DNA of 64,000 bases from an uncultured Nitrososphaerota archaeon (GCA_963838925.1 CAWISW010000002.1:512001-576000), one strand, 5' to 3'; counted from the stretch's first letter, positions 39,054-48,432 are shown. Notes: generated by a model from the letters alone, not told the origin. Translations and numbers: made by a program.

Positions 39054-40520
39054 GTGCGAATCATGACCAGCAGGAAGGCTGTAGTGACTTGGGCGGTTTT
39101 GATCCCTATCATCCTTGGGGTGTCTACGTTGGCGTATGCATCGATGACCGCGACAGGATCTAATCCCTCAGATAACAATAACAACTTTTTTGGAAATCCG
39201 CGCTGCACGACGACCGTTACAGGTGAAAATTCAGGCAATAACGCTATACAGACTGCAATCAACTCCGCGCACAGCGGGGACGTGATATGCGTCGCCTCAG
39301 GCTCTTATCCAGAGCAGCTTTTGATAATAACATCATTGACGCTTCAAGGTCTGGGGACACAGCACAATCCGACAATCATCTCCCCCACATCAGTAGCGGC
39401 GAACGCCGTGAGTCCCGACTCGGGGGCCTCAGAGGCGGCCATAATCGCTGTCAGCGGCGCGATGCACGTTACAATCAGCAACCTTGTGGTGGACGGTTCC
39501 GCCGTGGCTCTGTCCTCAATACTGAGCTGTGGCCTCAGGTTCTTTGGCGTCCTGTACCTTAACGCAGGCGGCACCTTGGACAGTAACACGGTGCAAAACG
39601 TCACCTGCGGTGCGGGCCTGTACGGAGACCAGAACGGCGACGCAGTCCTTGTCCAGACAGGAGCGTATAACGGTGTAAGCAACGTGCAGGGAACGGACTT
39701 GTCGACTGTCACGATCAGCAACAACAATGTGCTGAACTATCAGAAGAACGGCATCACCTGCAACGACTCAGGAAGCACTTGTAACATTAGCGGCAATACG
39801 GTTTCACCTCTTGCAGCCGCACAGGCTATCATTGCTTCCAACGGCATCCAGGTAGGCTTCGGAGCAGTAGGCACGGTGTCCGACAACACCGTCAGCGGTA
39901 ACGAGTGCGGAAACAGCAACTGCGGCCCGAATATCATAAATCTGTACCAAAGTGCCGGGATCCTCACCGACGGATCGGGAAAGGGGACTGTGGTCAGCGG
40001 CAACACGATCAGCGGCAATGATGTTGGAATCCTTTCCTACGGTGACACGGCAACGTCTACGAACAACCAGGTTCAGGACAACAGGTTCGAAGGGTTGTTG
40101 CTCGCAGACGGGTCGTACACGGCCACCAACAACGACATCTCATGCGGACAGGGCCATCACGACACTGCGACTTGCCAGATAGGAATCGCTGTCGTTTCGG
40201 ACGGCTTCGTCGCAACAGCGACTACCGCCAACCTCGGTAACAACGGCTGCGCCAACTTCAACGGTAACTTCAACGGTAACTTCGGTAACAACAGCTGCGG
40301 CAACAGCTTCGGCGGCAACTTCGCGACAGCGCAGGTGCAAGTGACCGCCTACAACGGTCCGGGGTCAGGCTCAGGTAGCTGCGACGGTGCTTGTGGCGGA
40401 AGCAATGCGGCTCCCGCCACGGTGTCAATAGGCGGATTCACCGAAACGGTGACATCGGGTGTATTGACGCCTTCGGATGTAGCAACATTCGTGAACCTGA
40501 CGAATCTCCCAAGCGACTAG
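39054..40520 (+). CDS. Secreted right-handed parallel beta-helix protein
   Basis: Signal peptide, AIQTAINSA..GSYPEQL, repeated (I/V)SxNxV strands, NYQKNGI. Confidence 0.85.
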   Translation: MRIMTSRKAVVTWAVLIPIILGVSTLAYASMTATGSNPSDNNNNFFGNPRCTTTVTGENSGNNAIQTAINSAHSGDVICVASGSYPEQLLIITSLTLQGLGTQHNPTIISPTSVAANAVSPDSGASEAAIIAVSGAMHVTISNLVVDGSAVALSSILSCGLRFFGVLYLNAGGTLDSNTVQNVTCGAGLYGDQNGDAVLVQTGAYNGVSNVQGTDLSTVTISNNNVLNYQKNGITCNDSGSTCNISGNTVSPLAAAQAIIASNGIQVGFGAVGTVSDNTVSGNECGNSNCGPNIINLYQSAGILTDGSGKGTVVSGNTISGNDVGILSYGDTATSTNNQVQDNRFEGLLLADGSYTATNNDISCGQGHHDTATCQIGIAVVSDGFVATATTANLGNNGCANFNGNFNGNFGNNSCGNSFGGNFATAQVQVTAYNGPGSGSGSCDGACGGSNAAPATVSIGGFTETVTSGVLTPSDVATFVNLTNLPSD

Positions 40521-40617
40521 GGCCAGGTAGATCCTGAGGAGCACGCCCTGGCGTGCCTTCTACCTGAGACCTGACATCGTGGCTTGTGATTCTCGCCCCT
40601 GCGCCTGCTAAGCAGAG

Positions 40618-40650
40618 GATATCGACGTCGATATCAATCTCGCTATCAAT
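40618..40650. repeat. Palindromic (ATCGACGTCGAT)n motif, copy A
   Basis: GATATCGACGTCGATATC perfect 18-bp palindrome plus degenerate units. Confidence 0.8.
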
Positions 40651-40676
40651 TAAATGAGCACGAAGACCCCTGTCAT

Positions 40677-41108
40677 TCACTGGACTTTGACCAGGTCGTT
40701 CCAGCCTTTTGCCAGCTGCCACGCCTGCTTGACGAAGCCTCCCTGGGGCCCTCTCTCGGGGATTGGCTGTAGCTTGAGCTGGTACACCGCCTCCGTCTTC
40801 TTCCTCTTCTCGTCCCAGATCAGGACGTCCTTCTCGATGAAGCCCAGGTCGAGCAGCTTCCTGAGGAGCTTCACGTAGAAGTTGTGGTAGCTGTACTTCA
40901 CGCCGAGCTTGCCCTCCTCGAGATCCTTGGCGAAGAACCTGAGCTGCCTCTTTGTCATCGCGAGGTGCTGGTCCGCCCTCATCCTCTCGACGAGGATCTT
41001 GGCGACCGAGAGCGTCTCTTTCCTGTCGCCGAACAGGAGCGTCAGGATGTCCCCGGTGGCGACCGTCCTGTCGTTCCAGTACAACTTGATTGACTTGGGC
41101 GCCGACAC
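40677..41108 (-). CDS. Conserved hypothetical protein (wHTH-like)
   Basis: YSYHNFYVKLLRKLLDLGFIEK helix-wing pattern. Confidence 0.7.
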   Translation of the reverse strand: MSAPKSIKLYWNDRTVATGDILTLLFGDRKETLSVAKILVERMRADQHLAMTKRQLRFFAKDLEEGKLGVKYSYHNFYVKLLRKLLDLGFIEKDVLIWDEKRKKTEAVYQLKLQPIPERGPQGGFVKQAWQLAKGWNDLVKVQ

Positions 41109-41300
41109 CTATCTGCCCACCATCCGGTCGCGCCTCTTCACAACCCGGGGGGCGCTCTCCCACCTGAGCTGGTCGCCAGCGTTGCGAACCGCGTAAAAGT
41201 GCATCCTGGCCGTCATCTCGGCGGCTTTCTGGCCCTCAGGGCTAGGCGTGGAATTCGTTGCCTGGGCCTTTGGGCTCGGTTTCTCTATCTTTAGTTGCAT
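41109..41300 (-). CDS. Small hypothetical protein
   Basis: Abuts the downstream gene directly; ATG start (MQLKIEK). Confidence 0.45.
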   Translation of the reverse strand: MQLKIEKPSPKAQATNSTPSPEGQKAAEMTARMHFYAVRNAGDQLRWESAPRVVKRRDRMVGR

Positions 41301-41663
41301 TGCAGTTAGTTCCCCTGCAGGGTCTAGTTGTCCGGACAAGGCGAGAAATGTTTAGTGTATGCTCAAGGGTCACTAACCTACCCCTGGGGGCAAAGGATGG
41401 TGATGGCTGGCCAAGGTCATCCTAGGGCGCCGGTTGTGTCCCTGGGAGGGAACTGCGACAAAGGAGGCGGCCATGTTGATCGGCTCGACAGCCTCCGGCA
41501 CCCGCGGACGCTGGGCCGCGCTCAATCACGAGCCCACAGATGACACTTTTCGCCCCTGGACCCCCTGGTATTTCGACTCACTTTGCCCTGTCTTGGGCAA
41601 GGACCGTGCGGGAGAACGTCCCTGGCGCAGCCTCCTTTACACGCGGCGACCTCTGCAAGCGAC

Positions 41664-41750
41664 TTGGCCAAGAAAGACGTGGCGAAGACGGCGTTGTTCG
41701 TCGCACGAAGAAAGCGACGGGCAAAAGGACCCGCTGACGCCGGAGGGCTG
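41664..41750 (+). pseudogene. 5' remnant of a SAM methyltransferase paralogue
   Basis: TTG start, MAKKDVAKTALFVA vs MTRSEVAKTALFVA at 43841, then similarity is lost. Confidence 0.6.
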
Positions 41751-41955
41751 AGCCGTCGACGCCCTTGCCATAAGAATTCCAGTCCGAACACTCTCATCCG
41801 TTCAAAGTGCATCAGGTCATACGTGCAGATTCTTCCGCCGTGATGGACCACAGTCCCTGTGACCATTGTTGCGCTTGACTGAGCACGGCCTGACTACGCT
41901 CTGTAAGCCGCTAGAACGAGCAATGCGCGACCACGATCGTCCCCGGAGGGCAGAC

Positions 41956-42387
41956 CTATGATAGAAAAATCGGCGGAGTTTCGAAAGGTCTCTTCTTGAT
42001 CTCTCGGGTCAGTTCAACCTCTTCTCGTGCGAAGACAGGAACGGACCCTGTGACATGCGCGACTGCGAACGTATAGGAATCCGCAAACGCTATGGCTCTT
42101 TCGCACTTTATCCTCGATGCCTCCATGTGGACTCGATCTTCTTCCTCCAATCTTATGAAACCTGAGTCGAGCAAGTCCTTCGCGGCCGCTTCCGCCTTGT
42201 CAGGCCCGACCTTTCTGCACATCACATATGTCGCTTCTGCGAGGTTTACCCTGCTGGTGTAGGCGACGACGTCCTCGTCTTGGAGTCTGGCGTACATCAA
42301 GTTCCCGAGTTGAGAGTCGCTGAAGATCTCCACCAATACGCCCGAGTCGAGCGCCAGATTCCCGCTAACGGGCGTAGCGACGCTCAA
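41956..42387 (-). CDS. vapC: PIN-domain VapC toxin
   Basis: LALDSGVL, VNLAEATY, AFADSY. Confidence 0.85.
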   Translation of the reverse strand: MSVATPVSGNLALDSGVLVEIFSDSQLGNLMYARLQDEDVVAYTSRVNLAEATYVMCRKVGPDKAEAAAKDLLDSGFIRLEEEDRVHMEASRIKCERAIAFADSYTFAVAHVTGSVPVFAREEVELTREIKKRPFETPPIFLS

Positions 42388-42643
42388 GCTCTTCCTCGTG
42401 CTTCTTATCTTCCGCCCTGCCCTCACGAAGAGTCTTTCTGAACTCTTCCGATGGGATTCCTGAGCCTATCATGGCTCTACGAAGCAATTCTGGACTCCTC
42501 CTAGACCTAAGTATGAGATATTCGATGGCATCCTGATAATCGACTTTTTCCCCTCTCTTCGATTGGAGCTCGGCGGCCACTTTCAGCAAATCCTGCCGGG
42601 TCTTCTCTGAGACCGTTATTGTCGTCATCTTCATTGTTTCCAT
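42365..42643 (-). CDS. VapB-like antitoxin
   Basis: MTTITVSEKTRQDL..VDYQDAIEYL; overlaps vapC. Confidence 0.75.
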   Translation of the reverse strand: METMKMTTITVSEKTRQDLLKVAAELQSKRGEKVDYQDAIEYLILRSRRSPELLRRAMIGSGIPSEEFRKTLREGRAEDKKHEEELERRYAR

Positions 42644-42729
42644 TGACCTAGTAGAAGCTATGGATATTTAAGCATCTACTCCTGTCAGAGGTCAGGCACT
42701 GAAAGGGCGGGCAGGTATTCAGATGAATC

Positions 42730-42753
42730 ATCGACGTCGATATCGTGGTCGAT
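42730..42753. repeat. Palindromic motif copy B
   Basis: ATCGACGTCGATATCGTGGTCGAT. Confidence 0.8.
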
Positions 42754-42838
42754 ATTGCTAGCGGCCGCGCGCAAGGCTCTCTGAACGCCATCTCAATAGC
42801 CTAGTCGGGAACTGAGAGGTCAGCTCAGGACAGCCAAT

Positions 42839-43228
42839 CTAACACGTTCGTGCGGACGACTCTTGTGCGCAGGAGTCAATGGTCAAGGCCAGACGATGAA
42901 TTCCATCCATCCCTAGAAGGATAGTTTCAGCTCCCTTGCATGTCTCGACCAGGCCATCCAATTCAAGCTCCAGATCCGAGAATCGCAGCGTCCCATATCC
43001 TGAGCGCATGCGCACTGACGATCCGTCAGCAAGACGGCCGGACGTGCTCTCGAGGGTCAGATCGTCGAAGCCCAACCGATTGAACAACTCCTCGCTCAGC
43101 AGAACAAAGCCAGAGTACCCTGTGTCGACGATGGCGGTGACGGAAGCTGACTTTTCTTCTCGTCCGCTCGCGAGAGTATTGACCACGGTCACGGGTATCG
43201 TAGGACTGCCCTCAAGAAACGGCCACAT
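42839..43228 (-). CDS. Clan AA (retropepsin-like) aspartic protease
   Basis: AIVDTGYSG, LADGS, ILLGMD. Confidence 0.85.
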   Translation of the reverse strand: MWPFLEGSPTIPVTVVNTLASGREEKSASVTAIVDTGYSGFVLLSEELFNRLGFDDLTLESTSGRLADGSSVRMRSGYGTLRFSDLELELDGLVETCKGAETILLGMDGIHRLALTIDSCAQESSARTC

Positions 43229-43234
43229 GTTACC

Positions 43235-43570
43235 CTACTTTGTCCTTGAGCGAACAGGGAGTCCCAGGTTGACCACCTTTGGGTGCGCGGGTATGGTCTG
43301 AATTTCTACTCTTCTAGGATCGAGGCCCTGGCTCCTCAGAGCCATCGCCAGGAGTCTCAAGTCGGTTCCCTCTGCGACTCTTTTCCCATCGGAGATGGCG
43401 ATGAATGTCCTTGCCGGCCGCCCTGCCCTTCTAGAGGCTGACAACCAAGTTGTGATTGCCTCTTCGACGCTCTTCGATATCGCGCCCTTGGAGGCCCCGT
43501 GCAACTCACCCGCTCTCTGCCTGAGCGCACGCTCTATCTCATCATCAATCTTCAATGTGATGACGCCCAT
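43235..43570 (-). CDS. RHH-domain protein fused to a small C-terminal domain (antitoxin-like)
   Basis: MGVITLKIDDEIERALR..KGAISKSVEEAI; FIAISDGKRVA. Confidence 0.7.
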   Translation of the reverse strand: MGVITLKIDDEIERALRQRAGELHGASKGAISKSVEEAITTWLSASRRAGRPARTFIAISDGKRVAEGTDLRLLAMALRSQGLDPRRVEIQTIPAHPKVVNLGLPVRSRTK

Positions 43571-43627
43571 GGCATGTAAATATTAATTTATGTATTTAAG
43601 CGCCCCGGTCGTCAAGGACCTAGAGCA

Positions 43628-43651
43628 ATCGAGCTCGCTATCGACGTTGAT
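43628..43651. repeat. Palindromic motif copy C
   Basis: ATCGAGCTCGCTATCGACGTTGAT. Confidence 0.7.
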
Positions 43652-43840
43652 GACCGACCTTCCTGACCTGGGCCCAGATCGGCCGCCACCTTCAGCAGGT
43701 CTAGGCTGATTCTCTCCGATATCGTTGTTGTTGTGCAAGTCAACTACTCCATAAGAGCAATAGAAGCCATCGTCGTTTGACAACGCAGGCCTTGTGACCC
43801 CAGCCTTAACTACGCGCCCAGCTATTCCGTTGCGTATCTC

Positions 43841-44722
43841 TTGACTAGATCCGAAGTCGCAAAGACCGCGCTTTTTGTCGCGGCCGTCCGCGCCAGGGAG
43901 ACCGAGCGGGCCGACCCCCTCTTTCGCGACGAGCTCTCCTCATTGCTGGCCGGTCCGGAGGGCATGGCGTGGCTTGCGGCCAGCGAGGCGGATCCGACAA
44001 GCAACTACCGCCGGGACGGCTTCCCGTACCTCGAGGTGAGGACGCGGTGGTTCGACGACTGGGCGCGCGACGCCGTTACTACGAGCGGTGCGAGGCAGCT
44101 CGTGCTCCTCGGAGCCGGGATGGACACCAGGGCGTTCCGGTTGCGCTGGCCTGAGGGGTTCCAGGTCTGGGAGGTCGACACCCACGAGCTGTTTGCACTG
44201 AAGGAGGCGCGTTTGCATTCTGCTGGCGTGAGGGCAGGTTGCAATCGGGTTGTCGTGGAGGCCGACCTGAGATCGAGCGGTTGGGTCCGAATGTTGCAAC
44301 GTCGCGACTTTGACGAGCACAAGCCTGCCGTGTGGCTCGCTGAGGGCCTTTTCCTTTATCTCACTGCCGTTGACGTCAAACAGATACTGCGAGGTGCTGC
44401 CTCAATCTCCCCCGACGGGAGCCGCTTCGGCGCCGAGATCATCTCGAAGGAGTTTCTGCAGAAGCGCTCGCACCAGTGGGCACTCCAGAGGAGAAAAGAC
44501 CGCGGGACCCCCTGGGTGTTCGGCTCAGATGACCCTGAGGGGCTCTTCCGGTCTAGCGGCTGGAAGGTCGACAGGAAGGTACGCGCTCTGGAGGCGGCGA
44601 AGGCGCTGCGACGGCTGCCAAGGACCAGCTCGAGCTCTTCCGGCGGTACGCGGTCTGGTTCAGAGCCCGGGCCGTTCTTCGTCTCAGCCACGAAGGCGAC
44701 CGAGAGCAAGAGCGCCCGTTAA
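43841..44722 (+). CDS. SAM-dependent methyltransferase (LCM/TIGR00027-like)
   Basis: TALFVAAVRARE, RTRWFDD, QLVLLGAGMDTRAFRL, WLAEGL. Confidence 0.9.
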   Translation: MTRSEVAKTALFVAAVRARETERADPLFRDELSSLLAGPEGMAWLAASEADPTSNYRRDGFPYLEVRTRWFDDWARDAVTTSGARQLVLLGAGMDTRAFRLRWPEGFQVWEVDTHELFALKEARLHSAGVRAGCNRVVVEADLRSSGWVRMLQRRDFDEHKPAVWLAEGLFLYLTAVDVKQILRGAASISPDGSRFGAEIISKEFLQKRSHQWALQRRKDRGTPWVFGSDDPEGLFRSSGWKVDRKVRALEAAKALRRLPRTSSSSSGGTRSGSEPGPFFVSATKATESKSAR

Positions 44723-44751
44723 GCAGACTGAGAGGGCGTCCGGCGCCTTTC

Positions 44752-44781
44752 ATTGATATCGACGTCGATATCGAGGTCGAT
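44752..44781. repeat. Palindromic motif copy D
   Basis: ATTGATATCGACGTCGATATCGAGGTCGAT. Confidence 0.8.
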
Positions 44782-44853
44782 TATTGTGCACTGGCGGTGC
44801 GCACGCGCTCTTGACCGCGGCCGAAATAAGATCCGAGATCCGAAGAGGCCGGG

Positions 44854-45099
44854 TTATGGCAAGTCCGAGACGTAAACGTCCCTCTTCCCCGAATTGCCGC
44901 TGACCATGGCAAAGACGCCGCGGACCAGCCTGGAGAACGGTTTCCTCATCCAGACGACTATGAACGCGTCGAAGAGGGCATATGATACCCCGAGGAGGAA
45001 GTTGGATTGCTGGATCCCGATGGTGTAAGCAATCATGACGCTTATGACATCCACGACCGATGCAACTGCATTCTCGAATAGTTCGTGGTTGCTGATCAT
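44854..45099 (-). CDS. Small membrane protein
   Basis: Two hydrophobic helices; downstream of ftsZ. Confidence 0.45.
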   Translation of the reverse strand: MISNHELFENAVASVVDVISVMIAYTIGIQQSNFLLGVSYALFDAFIVVWMRKPFSRLVRGVFAMVSGNSGKRDVYVSDLP

Positions 45100-45267
45100 T
45101 GTCCTCGTGAGCAATCCACCTGAAGGCAGCGTCCGGCTAATAATCACTCTGAATCTGGAATCCTAGTTCGCGCTTCGCACCATCTCGCTCATGAGCAGGA
45201 AAAGACAAGGACCATGAAGTATGCAGAAGGAAGGAGAAAAAAGAGAGAAAGAAACCAGGCGGTCTGC

Positions 45268-46320
45268 CTAGTTTCTAGATCCTACCCTAATGGGACCCAT
45301 TTGGAAGCCCGATTTCTGCTGAGAGAGGAACGTGCTCTCGACGCCCGTCAGGACCACCATGACCCTCGCGGACCCGCGCATGTTCGGCTCGACGCGTGCG
45401 CCCCACACTATCCTCGTCGTCGGGGGTAGCGACTTGGTCACGAGCTCTCCGGCTCTTGTGACCTCCTCGAGGCTCACGTCGTCACCGCCTGCCACGTGTA
45501 CCAGGACGCCCTTCGACCTTGTCACGTCCTTGATGTCAAGGAGCTGCCCGTCGATGGCTTGCCTTACGGCGACCTCGACCCTGTCGGGTCCTGTCGCCTG
45601 GCCGACGCCAATCGCTGCTAGGCCTCTCCTCTCCATGATAGCCCTCAGGTCTGCATAGTCGATGTTGATGAGACTGGCTGTGGTGATTGTCTCGGTGATG
45701 CCCTTGATGAACTGGCCGACGAGTTCGTTGGCTACACCTAGTGCCTGCTGCAGAGGAAGATCACCAGCGACCTTCGACAGCTTGGTGTTGTCGATGGCCA
45801 CTACGGTGTCGCAGTACTCCCTGAGCTTTTGCAGGGCCTTCTTCGCGTTCTCATAGCGGTAGCTCTCGATCGAGAAAGGTAGAGTGACCACTCCGATCGT
45901 GAGGCCGCCGTTGCCCCTGAGCTCCCTTGAGAGAGCTTGGATGGCGCCGGTGCCTGTGCCTCCGCCGAGACCTGCGCATAGGAAGGTGATGTTCGACCCA
46001 TTGACCTCCTTCTTGAGCTCGGACATGCTCTCCATGGCGGCGCGTTCGCCCCGCTCTGGGTAGCCGCCGCACCCGGTGCCGTGGGTGAGCTTCTCACCGA
46101 TGAGGAGCCGTCTGTCTGCTTTTGTGATTCCGAGGTGTGCTGCGTCTGTGTTTGCTGCGATGAGCTTGCCGCCTGAGACGCCGCGCTGCTTGATCCAAGA
46201 GACGATGTTGCTTCCAGCGCCTCCCAGGCCGACCACCGCGACGTTTGGGCGAGCCATTCGCATGGCTGCTTCGATGCGTTCTGCTTCCAAGAAGTCAGTG
46301 CTTTCCGTAGACAGTTCCAT
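45268..46320 (-). CDS. ftsZ: Cell division GTPase FtsZ
   Basis: GLGGAGSN, ANTD, GLGGGTGTG, DNTKL, T7 loop INIDYADL, WGA. Confidence 0.93.
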   Translation of the reverse strand: MELSTESTDFLEAERIEAAMRMARPNVAVVGLGGAGSNIVSWIKQRGVSGGKLIAANTDAAHLGITKADRRLLIGEKLTHGTGCGGYPERGERAAMESMSELKKEVNGSNITFLCAGLGGGTGTGAIQALSRELRGNGGLTIGVVTLPFSIESYRYENAKKALQKLREYCDTVVAIDNTKLSKVAGDLPLQQALGVANELVGQFIKGITETITTASLINIDYADLRAIMERRGLAAIGVGQATGPDRVEVAVRQAIDGQLLDIKDVTRSKGVLVHVAGGDDVSLEEVTRAGELVTKSLPPTTRIVWGARVEPNMRGSARVMVVLTGVESTFLSQQKSGFQMGPIRVGSRN

Positions 46321-46546
46321 GACTCCAGCAAAGGAGTGTAGACAGGATAAAAGCCCCGTGAATATGCAGACTAGATGAGCGATTCATCAGGTGTAAATAG
46401 ATGGCGAATAAGAGAAAGAGATGGAGCCTCATTCTATAACGGGGAAAGATTCATGATATAAGCCGCGCTCAAGGAGGCTGTCTACCACGAATCTGGTTTC
46501 TCCGTAAGGTTTTTACGTCTATTCCTGCTCATATCGTCTCAAGAAG

Positions 46547-46705
46547 ATGACCATGTCCAGGCTCAAGGGTCCAGAAACCGTCTGCGCGTTCTGCATGCTG
46601 GTTATCCAGATCGGATACGAGGAGCTTACTCCTGACGACATCGCGAAGGTCTCGGCGCACATGAGGATCGCCCACGGGCTCGAGCGGTTCCAAATCTCTG
46701 CCTGA
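46547..46705 (+). CDS. 52-aa zinc microprotein (CAFC-x21-H-x4-HGL)
   Basis: MTMSRLKGPETVCAFCMLVIQIGYEELTPDDIAKVSAHMRIAHGLERFQISA; not in the ORF track; paralogues at 49610 and 58654. Confidence 0.7.
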   Translation: MTMSRLKGPETVCAFCMLVIQIGYEELTPDDIAKVSAHMRIAHGLERFQISA

Positions 46706-46745
46706 GGCGGACACTCTCGCGGGGCCTTGCACCCGTGCGGTGGGC

Positions 46746-46769
46746 ATCGACGACGATATCGACGTTGAT
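46746..46769. repeat. Palindromic motif copy E
   Basis: ATCGACGACGATATCGACGTTGAT. Confidence 0.8.
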
Positions 46770-46837
46770 ACCAAAATACGCTCCCTGGCTCAAACCGATT
46801 TGTATTTCAACGGGGGATTTGGAGCCCGTGTCACTCA

Positions 46838-47578
46838 ATGTCAAAGCCTCAGAAGCGAGGGAAGCTCAGAAACCCGCCAAGGGCGCGGCAGTACGCATAC
46901 GTCGCGATAGTCGTCGTCCTTCTGGTCGCAGGGGGCTCGGGCATCTACCTTTACGCGAGCAGGGCGCCCTCGCCTTCGACATCGACGACCAGCGGAACCT
47001 CCTCGGCGAGCACTTTCAATAACACCCCTTGCATCGAGTCGACCACGACGACACCAGCAAAGGGAGTCAACGGGACTTACGCGCTCATCTGCACCAACCT
47101 TGGCCTGATCGAGGTGCAGCTCTTCCCGGCGGACGCGCCGCAGACGGTGGCGAACTTCGTGAAGCTCGCCAATTCGGGCTTCTACAACGACCTCGTGTGG
47201 CACCGGATCGTACCCGGCTTCGTCATCCAGTCAGGAGACCCGACCACCAAGAACGGCGGAGGAAACAAGACCCTGTGGGGGACCGGCGGCTCGGGGACCT
47301 CTGTGCCGTTTGAGAACGACGGCAAGCTGCACAACACCGCTGGGACCATCGCCATGGCGAGCACGGGCGCGGGGGTCGGGGGAACCTCCCAGTTCTACAT
47401 CAATCTCGTGGACAACAGCGCTTCGCTCGATGGCAACTACGCCGTGTTCGGACAGGTCATCAACGGAATGAGCGTCGTCACAGCGCTCGGCAACGTCCCG
47501 ACAAACACGACCTCCCAGCAGCCCCTGGACCCGTCGCAGGCTTACATCATCAGCGTATCCATCGTGAACACGCCCTAG
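46838..47578 (+). CDS. Membrane-anchored cyclophilin-type peptidyl-prolyl isomerase
   Basis: APQTVANFV, HRIVPGFVIQSGDP, SQFYINL, YAVFGQV; N-terminal TM. Confidence 0.92.
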   Translation: MSKPQKRGKLRNPPRARQYAYVAIVVVLLVAGGSGIYLYASRAPSPSTSTTSGTSSASTFNNTPCIESTTTTPAKGVNGTYALICTNLGLIEVQLFPADAPQTVANFVKLANSGFYNDLVWHRIVPGFVIQSGDPTTKNGGGNKTLWGTGGSGTSVPFENDGKLHNTAGTIAMASTGAGVGGTSQFYINLVDNSASLDGNYAVFGQVINGMSVVTALGNVPTNTTSQQPLDPSQAYIISVSIVNTP

Positions 47579-47625
47579 TCCGCAACCACGGCACGAGGGT
47601 CACTCCGCAGCGAACGCCACTTGGG

Positions 47626-48432
47626 CTAGACGATGGCGAAGATAAAGAGGACTCCGAGCAGCAGGGGAACAAAGAACCCCGCCCAAAGAAGCTTGTTCCA
47701 GCGGAACACCTTCGCCCCATCCAAGGGCATTATCGGAAGCATGTTGAAAGTTGCAAGAAACAGATTCACAGGGAAGCCGATCTGCCCGATGTCGCTCACA
47801 AAGCCGTTTCCTACTAATCCTACAAGTAAGAATATGAATGCTATCACGACGTTCGTCGCCGGGCCTGCCAGAGAGATTATCCCGTTTTGCCTTTCTGTGA
47901 TGTTGTTTCCCTGGATGTAGGTCGCTCCTGGGGCGGCGAAGATGAAGCCGAGGGTCGAGGTGATCAGCGCCAGGACGATCCCCATGACCCACATCCTAAA
48001 CTCGGCCCAATATCCATAACGTTGAGCCGTGAACTTGTGCATCAGCTCGTGGAGAACGAACCCGCTGCCGACCGCGACAAAAGCGATGGCGAAGAGCTCC
48101 GGAAAGCCGCCGCCTACGAGGGAACTCCCGCCCGCAAGCCCTCCGCTGTAAGCTATGGTAAACGCGAGAGCAAGCGCCGCCCACGCGATCAGGATGTCCC
48201 TGACCTCCTTCTGCGAGAAGAGGTACGGGCTCGACCGGCTCCGGGAGGAGGAGCTAGAGTATCCGGCGCTGTCCCACGACCGTGTCGTCATCGGGTTCGC
48301 GACCACCCTGCGGGACAGGTCCCCGGCGCACGCGTGGGCTTCCGGCAGCCTGTGGTCGGGGCAGAACGTCCCGCCGCAGTAGTTGCACGTGAAGGGCAGG
48401 TCCACGTCGGCCCCGCAGAAGTCGCACTTCAA
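47626..48432 (-). CDS. Site-2 (M50) intramembrane protease with N-terminal AN1 zinc finger
   Basis: CDFC..PFTCNYCG..FCPDHRLPEAHAC; HELMH; AGP; FNMLPIMPLDG. Confidence 0.9.
   Translation of the reverse strand: MKCDFCGADVDLPFTCNYCGGTFCPDHRLPEAHACAGDLSRRVVANPMTTRSWDSAGYSSSSSRSRSSPYLFSQKEVRDILIAWAALALAFTIAYSGGLAGGSSLVGGGFPELFAIAFVAVGSGFVLHELMHKFTAQRYGYWAEFRMWVMGIVLALITSTLGFIFAAPGATYIQGNNITERQNGIISLAGPATNVVIAFIFLLVGLVGNGFVSDIGQIGFPVNLFLATFNMLPIMPLDGAKVFRWNKLLWAGFFVPLLLGVLFIFAIV

Noticed and set aside
42819-42830. GTCAGCTCAGGA shared with ~58916, and scattered GGTCAGG words
   Set aside because: Too short and inconsistent in context to separate from chance
40618-46769. Palindromic repeats as a CRISPR array
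   Set aside because: Spacing is 0.9-2.1 kb with whole genes between, copies are degenerate, and no cas genes are present
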